Origin: Candidatus Marinacidobacterales bacterium
GTDB lineage: Bacteria > Acidobacteriota > Vicinamibacteria > Marinacidobacterales > DATDRI01
NCBI GenBank assembly: GCA_965226495.1
Contig: OZ245365.1
Span: forward strand, 3,328,001 to 3,392,000
Direction: 5' to 3'
DNA length: 64,000 bases
Positions within the stretch are counted from its first letter, which is position 1; every line of letters begins with the position of its first letter. Below the pieces are notes generated by a model. That model saw only the letters and a list, made by a program, of their open reading frames with translations. It did not search any database and was not told where the DNA came from. The position numbers were made by a program, and so were the translations under genes. Of this stretch, positions 49,136 to 59,710 are shown one piece after another.

Positions 49136-51072
49136 GCGTGCAGCCTTGCCTTCCGTGACTCCGCTTCCGCAGCGGCGGCGATGTTCACAATGTGCCGGGA
49201 GCTTCCCAAACGATCCAGATCGAACTTCAAGACCAAATCTTTCTCTCGCGCCCCAAGATAAAGAAACCCGAGGTTATCGAAAGCAAGGAAGTCCAATGTG
49301 TCGGGCAAGAGGCTCGTCGCAAGGGGCGTCGACGTGAGGCTCGTCGCGGCACGCTTCTCTTCTGTCTCGCGGTCTTGCGATCGCCCCTCCGTGCTTTCCT
49401 CGCTAAAATCATCCAGGCTGAAAACAAAAACCGGCGCCTCCGACGAGCCCGCGATCCAGGCCGAGTCGAGCTCCAGCACGACGGTGTCTCCTAGTCGCTC
49501 GCGGACGAGGGCAAAAAGACTTCCAGAGAGTGAGTCGGCCGCGAGGGAGATCCCTTGTCCATCTAGCTCTCCAATCGTGGTCGGCGCTCCCGGATCACCG
49601 GACTCATCGAACGGCAACCTCCATAAAGACGTCTCGTTCGCCTGATCCAGCAAGAAGTACAACTCCCCGTCGAATCCCGTCACGATCGCCCGCGGGCTTC
49701 CTTCGACCTCGGTAATCTTCTTCGGTGCCAGAGGGTTTCCGTCTCGATCGAAACGAAAGCGGAAGATGGCGCCTCTTTCCTGACTCGTGACGTAGAGCGC
49801 TCCGTCCAGTCCGAACGCGATCCCCCCGATCTGTGCCAGAGCCTCCGTCCCCTCGAACGTATCGACTTTGGAATCGGCCGAGAACACTCCGTGCTCATCG
49901 GGATGAACCCGAGCCAAATGCCCGATCCGGAGTCCCGACGCGGCGACGAACAGAGACCCGGCGAGAGAAGTCTTTTCCGGGCCGAAACACAGGGCGACCG
50001 GACCTCGAACGTCCTCGAGCCAAGTCACGGTGTCCTGCCGGGCCTCGAGAAAACGTGTCTCGGATAGGAATGTATAGATAAAAGATCGATCCTGCGAGGG
50101 ATCGTTCCCCGAAGAAAGGATCACACCCCAATCCGCAATCGCCCGCGTCGCAACGCCGGCTGGTTTAGCAATGGGATAAAAGAAACGCGCCAGCCTCAAG
50201 CCGTACCCCGGCTCGGCGAAGTCAACGCTGGCCGATTGCTGGTCGAGAGTAATTGCCGTCGCGAGGGTCCGCTCATCGAGTGCCGCATCTCCGATCGAGT
50301 ACGTCATCGTGATGCGTACCGTCGTCAACAAGCTCGTCCGCTCCAGACTGTCATCCGAGAGACGACCTCCTTGATCGTCGAGGTATTCGAAACGGAGCTC
50401 TTGCACGTTGCGGGCGAGAACGCGGGGCGATCGGTCGAAGGCCGTCTTGGTGAGTAAGTTCCCGCGTCCTTCGGGCGCCGGCTCGAGTGAAAAGCCAATC
50501 TCCTGAAGCCGCACCACCCGGCCTCCGTTCTCCGGCAAGTACTCGTAGACCAACTCGCCGTCGTCGCTGTCGAGCGAGCGAAAGGCCAACGCGCTTTCCC
50601 CTACGGCCGTGACCTCCGCACGCTCGGAGAAACCACCCACCTGGGTCAGCAACACCCTGTCGCCTTCTTGAAAAAGCTCCGCATGACGCACAACCACGAC
50701 TTCACCGGCCGCCAAGAGCTCGCCCTCGAGGTTCGTCGCGAGGCCCGCGGCATTCGACCGAATCGTAATCTCACCGGGAGAGCCGTTTCCGCCTACGACA
50801 AACGGCAGCACGGCTTGAGGTCCGTCGCCCAAGCCGTAACCGGCCCGTGCGACCTCCACCGCGATGTCATCGAACGCCCGGATGGCGGCCGCACTCTTTT
50901 CGGCTGTTTTCGATTCCGTGCGATAGATCGCGACCAACATCTGCGCGGTGCGGTACACCATTCCGAGCACCACGAGGGTGATGAAGAGGCTGACCAGAAC
51001 TTCGACGAGCGAAAAGCCTCGCTCTCTCGAGCCGGCAACGCAAGTTCTTCTATTGCAATAGGTTACAGTCAC
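49108..51072 (-). CDS. PilW-like prepilin fused to a C-terminal beta-propeller-like domain
   Basis: ERG|FSLVEVLV with Glu5, EVARAGY, VLARNVQELRFEYLD and VRITM, then blade-like repeats (GIAFGLDGALYVT, AIVTGFDGELYF, LAFDNLGFLYLG). Start placed at GTG 51072. Confidence 0.75.
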   Translation of the reverse strand: MTVTYCNRRTCVAGSRERGFSLVEVLVSLFITLVVLGMVYRTAQMLVAIYRTESKTAEKSAAAIRAFDDIAVEVARAGYGLGDGPQAVLPFVVGGNGSPGEITIRSNAAGLATNLEGELLAAGEVVVVRHAELFQEGDRVLLTQVGGFSERAEVTAVGESALAFRSLDSDDGELVYEYLPENGGRVVRLQEIGFSLEPAPEGRGNLLTKTAFDRSPRVLARNVQELRFEYLDDQGGRLSDDSLERTSLLTTVRITMTYSIGDAALDERTLATAITLDQQSASVDFAEPGYGLRLARFFYPIAKPAGVATRAIADWGVILSSGNDPSQDRSFIYTFLSETRFLEARQDTVTWLEDVRGPVALCFGPEKTSLAGSLFVAASGLRIGHLARVHPDEHGVFSADSKVDTFEGTEALAQIGGIAFGLDGALYVTSQERGAIFRFRFDRDGNPLAPKKITEVEGSPRAIVTGFDGELYFLLDQANETSLWRLPFDESGDPGAPTTIGELDGQGISLAADSLSGSLFALVRERLGDTVVLELDSAWIAGSSEAPVFVFSLDDFSEESTEGRSQDRETEEKRAATSLTSTPLATSLLPDTLDFLAFDNLGFLYLGAREKDLVLKFDLDRLGSSRHIVNIAAAAEAESRKARLHAWRKNRLGS

Positions 51073-51133
51073 AGATTTTGTACTCCGGAGTTCTCCGTGA
51101 TCTATAGTAGCAGGCGGTAGAATATGCTCGCCC

Positions 51134-52636
51134 ATGTCACGATTCGTCGGAGCCGTCGATCAAGGAACCACCAGCACCCGCTTCATGATCTTCGATCGCG
51201 AAGCCAATAGCGTCGCTTCCCATCAGCTCGAGCACCGGCAGATATTCCCCAAGCCCGGCTGGGTCGAGCATGATCCGATGGAGATCTGGGAGCGCACCCA
51301 AGACGTCATCCGGGGCGCCATGGAAAAGGGCAACGTTCAAGCCAAAGACCTCGCCGCCATCGGAATTACCAACCAACGCGAGACGACGCTCGTTTGGAAC
51401 AAGACGAACGGCAAGCCCTACCACAATGCCGTCGTCTGGCAAGACACCCGCACCAGCCGCATCTGTCACGAGCTCGCCCAAGAAGAAGGTGGCCAAGATC
51501 GCTTTCGCGGAAAGACCGGCCTCCCCCTCAGCACCTACTTCTCTGGCCCCAAGCTCAAGTGGCTCCTCGAGCATGTCGACGGCCTCCGAGCCGCAGCAGA
51601 AAAAGGAGACGCCGTCTTCGGCACCATCGACACATGGCTCATCTGGCAACTCACCGGTGCTTCGCATTTCACCGACGTCACCAACGCCAGCCGAACGCTT
51701 CTCATGGACCTCGAGACACTCGGCTGGGACGAAGACATTCTCGAAGTCTTAGGCATTCCGCGCCAAATGCTTCCCGAGATCCGCCCCTCCAGCGATCCCA
51801 GCTTCTACGGAAAGACCGCTGCCGACGGCCCGGTCGGTGGCGAGGTTCCGGTTTGCGGCAACCTCGGCGACCAACAAGCAGCGCTCTATGGTCAGACTTG
51901 CTACGACGTTGGGGAGGCCAAAAACACATACGGAACCGGCTGCTTCATGCTCCTCAACACCGGCACCGACATCGTCCCCTCGAAGAGCGGCCTACTCACC
52001 ACTGTCGCCTATCAAATCGACCAGCAACCTGCCCGCTACGCCCTCGAAGGCTCCGTCGCCATCACAGGGGCATTGATCCAGTGGCTCCGCGACAACCTCG
52101 GCCTCATCGAACACTCAGCGGATATCGAGGACCTCGCAGCAACCGTCGAAGACAGTGGCGGCATCTACTTCGTCCCCGCATTCTCCGGACTCTTCGCTCC
52201 CTATTGGAGGACCGACGCCCGCGGCGCCATCGTCGGCCTCACCCGCTACGTCAACAAGGGACACTTTGCGCGCGCCGCCCTCGAAGCCAGCGCTTACCAA
52301 ACTCGAGAGGTGCTCGAGGCCATGCACAAGGATTCAGGTGTCGAGCTCAAGGAGCTCAAAGTCGACGGCGGCATGGTCGTCAACGAGATGCTCATGCAGT
52401 TCCAGGCCGACATCCTCGGCGTTCCCGTCGTTCGCCCCAAAGTGAGCGAGACCACAGCGCTCGGCGCCGCCTACGCAGCCGGACTCGCAGTGGGATTCTG
52501 GAAGGACGAGTCCGAGCTCCGCGCCAACTGGGCCATGGACAAAACCTGGCAACCCGACATGGACGAAGCCAAACGCGACAAGTTGTACAAGGGTTGGCTC
52601 AAGGCCGTGGAAAGGACTTTCGACTGGGTGGAGTAG
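51134..52636 (+). CDS. glpK: glycerol kinase
   Basis: [51 protein letters not shown] and VDGG. Confidence 0.98.
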   Translation: MSRFVGAVDQGTTSTRFMIFDREANSVASHQLEHRQIFPKPGWVEHDPMEIWERTQDVIRGAMEKGNVQAKDLAAIGITNQRETTLVWNKTNGKPYHNAVVWQDTRTSRICHELAQEEGGQDRFRGKTGLPLSTYFSGPKLKWLLEHVDGLRAAAEKGDAVFGTIDTWLIWQLTGASHFTDVTNASRTLLMDLETLGWDEDILEVLGIPRQMLPEIRPSSDPSFYGKTAADGPVGGEVPVCGNLGDQQAALYGQTCYDVGEAKNTYGTGCFMLLNTGTDIVPSKSGLLTTVAYQIDQQPARYALEGSVAITGALIQWLRDNLGLIEHSADIEDLAATVEDSGGIYFVPAFSGLFAPYWRTDARGAIVGLTRYVNKGHFARAALEASAYQTREVLEAMHKDSGVELKELKVDGGMVVNEMLMQFQADILGVPVVRPKVSETTALGAAYAAGLAVGFWKDESELRANWAMDKTWQPDMDEAKRDKLYKGWLKAVERTFDWVE

Positions 52637-52684
52637 GTTGTAGCCCGGTCCGCTTCCGGGGTCTCAAACGCCTATAATCGGACC

Positions 52685-55351
52685 ATGTCCGACCCGCATC
52701 AGCGACTTCGCGACGACGTCCGACTACTGGGAGATCTCCTCGGAGACGTGTTGAAGTCTCAAGAGGGTCTACCGCTGTTCGAGACGGTCGAGCGCGTGCG
52801 CGCATTGGCGAAAGAACTGCGTGCCTCCGGTGCAGAGGACCTCGCCGAGCTGAGCCAGGTGTTGGCCAGTCTTCGTTTAAAGGATGCCGTCCCGGTGGCA
52901 CGGGCCTTTGCTCACTTTCTCACTTTGGCGAACATCGCCGAGCAACATCATCGCATTCGAAGGCGCCGTGATTACCAGCACGATGCCGAGCCCACGCCGC
53001 AACCCGGCTCCTGCATGGATGTGTTTCCCCGCTTGGTCGCCGCCGGAGTCTCGCCCGATGATCTTTTCAACAAGGTTGGTGCCCTCTCGATCGAGCTCGT
53101 CCTGACCTCCCACCCCACGGAGGTCGTTCGCCGCACACTGCGGCGCAAGCACCGTGAGATCGCACAGTGCTTGGAACGTCTGGATCGGCCCGACCTAACA
53201 GCTCACGAGCGTAATGGGATCGTGGACTCCCTTCGGCGCGAGATTTCAGCCTCGTGGACCACCGACGAGATCTACCGTCACCGTCCGACACCGCTCGACG
53301 AAGTGCGATGGGGCCTCGTGGTGTTCGAGCAAACACTCTGGGACGCCGTCCCTGCTTACCTGCGTGAAGTTGACGCGGCACTCGTCGAAGTCGCCGGCAA
53401 ACCGCTACCGCGGGCCGCGGTTCCAATTCGATTCGGCTCATGGATCGGCGGAGACCGCGACGGCAACCCCAACGTGACGCCCGAAGTCACCGAAAAGGCA
53501 TGCCTCCTGGCTCGTTGGATGGCCGCGGAGCTCTACGAGAAAGAGCTAGCCTTGCTGCGTGATGAACTATCCATGCGGTCGGGCAGCACGGAGCTGCGCG
53601 CCCGGGTCGGCAGAGTACCGGAGCCATACCGGGCCCTTCTGAAACAGGCGATCGCGAAGCTCCAAGCGACCCGGAAGTACGTCGAGGCGCGGCTCGAAGG
53701 TGATGCATCGCACGATGTCGACATCTATGACGATGCCTCCGGGCTCGCGGAAGTCTTAGCCCTTTGTCGGCGTTCGCTCGACGCCACCAACCTCTCACTT
53801 CTGGCTCGAGGACGGCTTCTGGATCTCGAACGCCGCTTGGCGTGCTTTGGACTCACACTCGTCCGGCTCGACATCCGCCAAGAGGCAGGACGACACGACG
53901 AGGCCTTGGATGTTGTCACCAACTACTTAGGGCTCGGCTCCTATTCGGAATGGGACGAGGAGGGGCGACAAGCCTTTCTCATCCGCGAAATTGCGAATAG
54001 ACGATCGTTGATCCCTCCCGAGCTCATGAGGGATCCGAAGCTCTCCAAGACGGTCCGCGATACGTTCGAAACATTCCGTATGATCGCGCGCCTACATCCC
54101 GACTCCTTGGGTGCTTATGTGATCTCGATGACGCGAGGCCCCTCGGACGTCCTCGCCGTCGAGCTCCTTCAGAGAATCGCGGCGGTTCGAAAACCGTTGC
54201 GTGTGGTGCCACTCTTCGAGACGGTCGCGGATCTACGGTCGGCGGGCGCGACGATGCGAACCCTTTTGTTAGTTTCGAGCTACCGAGAAGAGCTCTTCGA
54301 GGCGCACGGCCGACAAGAAGTCATGATCGGCTACTCCGACTCCGCGAAGGACGGAGGACGACTCGCCGCCGCGTGGGAGCTCTACCAGGCACAGGAGCAG
54401 ATCGTCGACGCTGCAAGAAGCCAAGGAGTTCCGCTAACCATCTTCCACGGGCGGGGCGGGACGGTGGGACGAGGCGGCGGGCCCACCGTGTTGGCCATCC
54501 AGTCTCAACCTCCCGGTTCGGTGGATGGCACGCTGAGAGTGACCGAGCAGGGAGAAATGATCGACGCCAAGTTCGGGCTTCCGGGCATCGCCCTTCGAAC
54601 CCTCGAGATCTACACCACTGCCACCTTGGAAGCGACCGTCGCTCCTGCTTCTGCTCCGAAACCTGAATGGCGTGAGCTCATGACGGAGCTCTCCGAGCTG
54701 GCACGCGAATCGTATCGGTACCTCGTCTACGAACATGCCCAGTTCCCCGAGTATCTCGTGGCCGCAACGCCCATCACTGAGCTCGAATCGTTACTGAAGA
54801 TCGGGAGTCGGCCGGCGAGACGCCGGCCCGGTGCGGGGCTCGAATCCTTGCGCGCGATCCCTTGGGTCTTCGCCTGGACCCAGAACCGCTTGCTCCTGCC
54901 GGCTTGGCTCGGCATCGGAGAGGCTCTCGTCAAGACGATGGAGGACCGAGGCGAGAAGGAACTCATGCGAATGTACCAAGACTGGCCGTTTTTTCGGTCG
55001 ACACTCGACCTCATGGAAATGGTCTTGGCGAAGGCGGACTCCGCTATCGCCGCCCAGTACGATCGAACGCTAGTACCGAAGGATGTTCAACCGTTTGGTG
55101 AAGCGCTGCGCAAGAAACTCGAGAAGACGCGGGAGTCGGTTCTGAAGACGACCAGCCATCAGGAACTGTTGGAGCAGAACCCCGTCTTACGCAGATCCAT
55201 TGCGACGCGGAACCCGTACGTGGACCCCATCAACCTCGTGCAGGTCGAGGTGCTCCGGCGTCTGCGTGAGGCGGGCGAAGACGAGCGGCTTCAATACGCG
55301 CTCTTGCTGACAATCAATGGAATCGCTGCCGGCATGCGCAACACCGGTTAG
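52685..55351 (+). CDS. ppc: phosphoenolpyruvate carboxylase
   Basis: VLTSHPTE, WIGGDRDGNP, QEVMIGYSDSAKDGG, FHGRGGTVGRGG, LRAIPW and GMRNTG. Confidence 0.98.
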   Translation: MSDPHQRLRDDVRLLGDLLGDVLKSQEGLPLFETVERVRALAKELRASGAEDLAELSQVLASLRLKDAVPVARAFAHFLTLANIAEQHHRIRRRRDYQHDAEPTPQPGSCMDVFPRLVAAGVSPDDLFNKVGALSIELVLTSHPTEVVRRTLRRKHREIAQCLERLDRPDLTAHERNGIVDSLRREISASWTTDEIYRHRPTPLDEVRWGLVVFEQTLWDAVPAYLREVDAALVEVAGKPLPRAAVPIRFGSWIGGDRDGNPNVTPEVTEKACLLARWMAAELYEKELALLRDELSMRSGSTELRARVGRVPEPYRALLKQAIAKLQATRKYVEARLEGDASHDVDIYDDASGLAEVLALCRRSLDATNLSLLARGRLLDLERRLACFGLTLVRLDIRQEAGRHDEALDVVTNYLGLGSYSEWDEEGRQAFLIREIANRRSLIPPELMRDPKLSKTVRDTFETFRMIARLHPDSLGAYVISMTRGPSDVLAVELLQRIAAVRKPLRVVPLFETVADLRSAGATMRTLLLVSSYREELFEAHGRQEVMIGYSDSAKDGGRLAAAWELYQAQEQIVDAARSQGVPLTIFHGRGGTVGRGGGPTVLAIQSQPPGSVDGTLRVTEQGEMIDAKFGLPGIALRTLEIYTTATLEATVAPASAPKPEWRELMTELSELARESYRYLVYEHAQFPEYLVAATPITELESLLKIGSRPARRRPGAGLESLRAIPWVFAWTQNRLLLPAWLGIGEALVKTMEDRGEKELMRMYQDWPFFRSTLDLMEMVLAKADSAIAAQYDRTLVPKDVQPFGEALRKKLEKTRESVLKTTSHQELLEQNPVLRRSIATRNPYVDPINLVQVEVLRRLREAGEDERLQYALLLTINGIAAGMRNTG

Positions 55352-55365
55352 GCACTAGGCCGCAG

Positions 55366-57141
55366 TCAAGCTTCCTTTCCGCGATTGGCACGGACCACGA
55401 CGTAAACAGCCGCGAGCGCGATGAGGAAGGCTATCGCTGACCCGGCGTTCAGAATTCCCTTCTCTCCGTACCAAACGATGAAGTAACCGACCGAGCCTGC
55501 CAGCAGCGCATAGTAAAAGAAGGGAACGAGCGTCATTCGAATAACGGCGCCCTCTCTTCCCCTTAGGCCCACGACGGCGGACGCCGCAACCACGTTGTGG
55601 ACGCAGATCATGTTTCCGGCCGCACCCCCGACTGCCTGTAGGGCCACCACCCACGTCGGGTCCACGCCGATGCGCTCGCCGACTTCGAACTGGAAGAGCG
55701 AGAACATCATATTGCTGACAGTGTTGCTACCCGCGACAAAAGCTCCGAGTCCTCCAATGAACGGGGCAAAAAGCGGCCAAGCCGCGCCCGTCAACGTGGC
55801 GATGCCATCCGCGAGCACGATGGGCATCCTCTCGAAACCGGCCTCCCCTCCCCCGCTGTTGATGAACACCTGCACCATGGGCACCGTGAAAATCAAAGCC
55901 AGGGAGGCATATCCCATGGTCCGAATCGACGTTCCCCACGCCAACCGGTAGGCGTCGCCTTTCATGCGGTGCAGCAGGAAGGTGATCAGAGAAACGGTGA
56001 CGAAGACGGTGCCAGGAAGATAAAGCGGCTGCGCTTCCGTCGTGATGTCGGTGCCGAAAAGGTTCGGAGCACTCAGCTTCCAGGATTGAAGCCAACCGAG
56101 AAACGGCAGATCGCGAAGGCGAGTCAGAACGAGAAAACACCCCACCAGGAAATATGGGGACCATGCCTTGAAGGCTCCCATGTCTGGTCCGGACGGCGCC
56201 TCGTCCTTTATCGCGATAGATCCCGTCCACTCCGGCTCCCATTTTTCTTTACTTTCGAAATCCCATGCGTCCTCTTCCCGTGGAACGAGAAATCCTTTGC
56301 GGGCGGCCGGAACGACGATCGCAAGCCCCACCAGTCCCCCGAACATCGCCGGAAACTCGGGACCCAGGAACCACGCGACCATCAAGTACGGAACGGTCAT
56401 GGCAAAGGCGGCAAAGAGCGCGAATTTCCAAACCCTCAGCCCTTCAACGAAGGACCGGTTCGCCCCGAAAAATCGAGTCATGAACGCGATCACCAACAAA
56501 GGCACGAGGGTCCCGGCGATGGTGTGCAAGAAGGCGACTTTGACACCGATCATCGCGAGGAACTGGCCCCAGTCCGCATAGCCCCGTTGTGCAGCGAACA
56601 GGACGATCTCGGGGTCGCTGGATAGGCCTTTGCTCACACCGACCAAGATGGGAGTTCCTACCGCACCGAAAGATACCGGAGTGCTCTGGATGATCATTCC
56701 CGCCATGACCGCGGCCATCGCGGGAAACCCGAGGCCGACCAGCAGAGGCACCGCCACCGCCGCAGGAGTGCCAAACCCTGCCGAACCCTCGATAAAGGAT
56801 CCGAACAACCACGCGACGATAATCACCTGAATGCGTCGGTCGGGAGTGATGCCGGTGAAGCCCCGCCGGATCGCCCTCAAAGCTCCGCTCGCTTGCAGGG
56901 TATTTAGAAGGAGGATCGCACCGAATACGATGTAGATGAGTGTGACCGCGATAACCAATCCGTTTACGGTGGCCGCGGCAATCTGTACCGGGGCAACCTT
57001 CCACACCCAAAGGGCCAGGCTCGCCGCGACGAGATACGAGAGAGGCATGGCTCGGCTCGCGGGCCACCTTAGGACCACGAGGAAGATTCCCACCGCCGCG
57101 ATGGGCATGAGGGACAAGACGGCGAGGGTTCCTACCCCCAC
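55366..57141 (-). CDS. lctP: L-lactate/glycolate permease (LctP family)
   Basis: [28 protein letters not shown] and GGAAGNMI. Confidence 0.93.
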   Translation of the reverse strand: MGVGTLAVLSLMPIAAVGIFLVVLRWPASRAMPLSYLVAASLALWVWKVAPVQIAAATVNGLVIAVTLIYIVFGAILLLNTLQASGALRAIRRGFTGITPDRRIQVIIVAWLFGSFIEGSAGFGTPAAVAVPLLVGLGFPAMAAVMAGMIIQSTPVSFGAVGTPILVGVSKGLSSDPEIVLFAAQRGYADWGQFLAMIGVKVAFLHTIAGTLVPLLVIAFMTRFFGANRSFVEGLRVWKFALFAAFAMTVPYLMVAWFLGPEFPAMFGGLVGLAIVVPAARKGFLVPREEDAWDFESKEKWEPEWTGSIAIKDEAPSGPDMGAFKAWSPYFLVGCFLVLTRLRDLPFLGWLQSWKLSAPNLFGTDITTEAQPLYLPGTVFVTVSLITFLLHRMKGDAYRLAWGTSIRTMGYASLALIFTVPMVQVFINSGGGEAGFERMPIVLADGIATLTGAAWPLFAPFIGGLGAFVAGSNTVSNMMFSLFQFEVGERIGVDPTWVVALQAVGGAAGNMICVHNVVAASAVVGLRGREGAVIRMTLVPFFYYALLAGSVGYFIVWYGEKGILNAGSAIAFLIALAAVYVVVRANRGKEA

Positions 57142-57157
57142 CTAAACTCCTTCGGCT

Positions 57158-57931
57158 TCATCCCCAGAGCATCCTGGCGCCGGTGGCCAGGAGCAACAGG
57201 ATCAAGATCCGCTGCAACCAACCCACCGGAAGATAAGCACCGAGTCGCACGCCCAGAAGAGAACCGGGCAGTGAGCCAACGAGCAAGAGTCCCACCAAAG
57301 GCAAGTCCACTGTTCCAATTCCCAGATGAAAAAGACCGGCCACTCCCGTCAAGATCACCGCGTGCGTGATATCCGTTCCGACCAGGACCTTGGGAGGACG
57401 ACGTGAGAACAACAATAGCAACATCAGAATGATGCTTCCCGAGCCCACTGAGGTGAGGCCGACCAGGAAGCCACCGACGAGTCCAGTGATGGCACCTCCG
57501 TTGCGACGGTTCACCCACCCCGGAAGCAGCGATCGGAGATCGTTGCCCGTTTGCCGCTGGAGCCTGGCTTCCACTAACAACAAAAGGGGGATGACGATCA
57601 GAAGAATGCCGATCATGCGGGTCAGGACGTCATTCACACCATCACTGTAGATAGTACGTAGGTAGGCGAGGAACCCCACTCCGGCCAGTGCCCCGGGTAT
57701 GCTGCCCGCGGCCAAGTAGCCAACGAGTCCCCAGTCGAGCGTGCCTTGGCGCCAATGGAGAAGACCGGCACCGGTCTTGGTGATCGAAGAGAAAACCGCC
57801 CCCGAGCCGACCGCCACGATGGGCGGAACATGCAGCGCATAAATGAGAAGCGGGAGCAAAATCACCCCGCCCCCGAGGCCGCTCAATCCAACGAGCAGGC
57901 CGACCGCAAAACCGATAAGTATGGTTAGCAT
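57158..57931 (-). CDS. TauE/SafE (TSUP) family exporter
   Basis: GLSGLGGG...AVGS, repeated as GLTSVGSG...VGTD. Confidence 0.9.
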   Translation of the reverse strand: MLTILIGFAVGLLVGLSGLGGGVILLPLLIYALHVPPIVAVGSGAVFSSITKTGAGLLHWRQGTLDWGLVGYLAAGSIPGALAGVGFLAYLRTIYSDGVNDVLTRMIGILLIVIPLLLLVEARLQRQTGNDLRSLLPGWVNRRNGGAITGLVGGFLVGLTSVGSGSIILMLLLLFSRRPPKVLVGTDITHAVILTGVAGLFHLGIGTVDLPLVGLLLVGSLPGSLLGVRLGAYLPVGWLQRILILLLLATGARMLWG

Positions 57932-58072
57932 TTGGGTGAGCGGTTAGTAGAGGACCTAGTTATCATATGCAAAAGTGGAGCTTCCACCTACTAGTTTCGA
58001 CACAGCTTGGCGCTCGGCGGACGATCGGAATCCGCGTCCCGGTGTGGCCAACAACCCTGTGGGAATTTCAAC

Positions 58073-58101
58073 TTGACATTCTTGCAATGCGGGTGTACAC
58101 T
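58073..58101 (+). promoter_or_regulatory. sigma70 promoter
   Basis: TTGACA-N17-TACACT upstream of ATG 58195. Confidence 0.65.
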
Positions 58102-58194
58102 GATTTCACAACTAAAAATTAGGTCCCCCCCGACCGCCGCTTTGCCGGCTGGATACCCCAAAACCAGACCTCGGCTCGACAGAGGAAGTGTGCC

Positions 58195-59478
58195 ATGAGT
58201 AAAACGCTCGGGCTCTTTGGGGTTTTACTGGCGCTCCTCCTTTCGCTTGCGCTCGCAAGTCCTGTCGATGCCGGCTCGAAGGGACGTCACCACGACGACG
58301 ATAGCAGCGATCATCGTAGCCGCGACGACGACAGCAGCGATCATCGTAGCCGCGACGACGACAGCAGCGACGACAGCCGAGACCAAGGACCTCCTGACAA
58401 CTGCGCCGCACCGTCCAGCTTGGTGAGTTGGTGGCCGGGTGAAGGGAATGCCGACGACGCTTGGGGCGACAATGACGGCACCGTGGTCGGCGCGACATTC
58501 AGCCAGGGCAAAGTCGGAGACGCCTTCGATTTCAGCGGCACCCTAGACTTCGTACAAGTTCCACACAGCGCCAGCCTAGACTTCAGCGCCTCCGACTCCT
58601 ACACCGTGGACTTCTGGGTGCAGACCGAAGGGATGATCGAGGGACACCCCGCGTTGGTCGAGAAATGGGCGAACTCGAGCACTTTTGCCTATCCATTCGC
58701 GGTACGACTCAACACGGGTGACCCGAATTTCCCCACCACGGTAGGCCCAAAGGGAACCATTTTTTGCGGCGTTTTCGATGGCACGAACTTTCCCTTCGTG
58801 TGGAGCAGCATGGCTGTGGACGACAACGAGTTCCATCACGTCGCCTGCGTCTTCGACGGTGCTGCCAAATCCATCGAGGTCTATATCGACGGCCATCTCG
58901 ACGGCTTCCAGGACTACACGACATTGAACGACGTCACTAGCGGGGAGGACCTGTTCTTCGGGATTCGCGGTAATCTCAATCCTCTTTTCGACTTCAATCG
59001 TCTCTTGGACGAGATCTCGATCTACTCCACCGCCCTTTCCGCGACGGAAGTAAATGACATTTTCGAAGGCGGAGATGCCGGCAAGTGCCGATCCGCTAGT
59101 GTCGACATCGACGTGAAGCCGCGTAGCGAGAACAATACCTTCAGCCGCCGAGGTCCCGGCTTCGTCCCGGTGGCGATCAACGGGAGCGCCGACTTTTCGC
59201 CGCTCGACATCGACTTCGGTACGTTAGTATTCGAGGCTCCCGAGCTCGGAATACATCCCAGACAGGGTCCGCACTGCGAAATCGTGGATTGGAACCGCGA
59301 TGACTTCCTCGATGCGGTCTGTTTCTTTAAGGACAAACCTCGCCATTGGGAAATCGGCGAAGCGACGGGCACGCTGGCCGGCGAGCTCTTCGACGGGACG
59401 GCGATCGAAGGTACCGACTCGATTCGAGTCGTGGCGCACTACAAGAAAGCCCACCGAAGGCATAGAAAAAAGAAGTAG
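58195..59478 (+). CDS. secreted LamG-like (concanavalin) domain protein with a Ca-loop C-terminal domain
   Basis: Signal peptide; LVSWWPGEGNADD, GKVGDAFDF, FHHVACVFD, VYIDG and LDEISIYSTALS; then IDVKP...DWNRDDFLD...GTDSIRV. Confidence 0.85.
   Translation: MSKTLGLFGVLLALLLSLALASPVDAGSKGRHHDDDSSDHRSRDDDSSDHRSRDDDSSDDSRDQGPPDNCAAPSSLVSWWPGEGNADDAWGDNDGTVVGATFSQGKVGDAFDFSGTLDFVQVPHSASLDFSASDSYTVDFWVQTEGMIEGHPALVEKWANSSTFAYPFAVRLNTGDPNFPTTVGPKGTIFCGVFDGTNFPFVWSSMAVDDNEFHHVACVFDGAAKSIEVYIDGHLDGFQDYTTLNDVTSGEDLFFGIRGNLNPLFDFNRLLDEISIYSTALSATEVNDIFEGGDAGKCRSASVDIDVKPRSENNTFSRRGPGFVPVAINGSADFSPLDIDFGTLVFEAPELGIHPRQGPHCEIVDWNRDDFLDAVCFFKDKPRHWEIGEATGTLAGELFDGTAIEGTDSIRVVAHYKKAHRRHRKKK
58291..58370 (+). 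repeat. in-frame 30-bp tandem repeat (about 2.7 copies) encoding RDDDSSDHRS
   Basis: CGCGACGACGACAGCAGCGATCATCGTAGC units at 58291, 58321 and 58351. Confidence 0.92.
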
Positions 59479-59498
59479 AGGTAAGACCCCTGTACAGC

Positions 59499-59531
59499 GG
59501 GGACTCACCCAGCGGGTGAGTCCCCCTTCTT
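59499..59531 (+). terminator. putative intrinsic terminator
   Basis: GGGGACTCACCC-AGC-GGGTGAGTCCCC 12-bp stem followed by CTTCTT. Confidence 0.6.
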
Positions 59532-59710
59532 CATCTGATTGTCCCGACCCCCCACCTTCAAGGTTGGGCCCGGCACCCCTCCCTACGTCGACGGATACCT
59601 GACCCGAACCGCCGGTCGCGTTGTAAACGCTAGTAGATTTGGCGGCGGTTCTGACTACCGGAGCGAAGCATGTCGCGTCATTTTGACACGCAGGAACACT
59701 CCATGGCATC

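Noticed and set aside
58291-58370. 30-bp repeats as a CRISPR array
   Set aside because: The repeats are contiguous with no spacers, in frame within a CDS, and there are no cas genes
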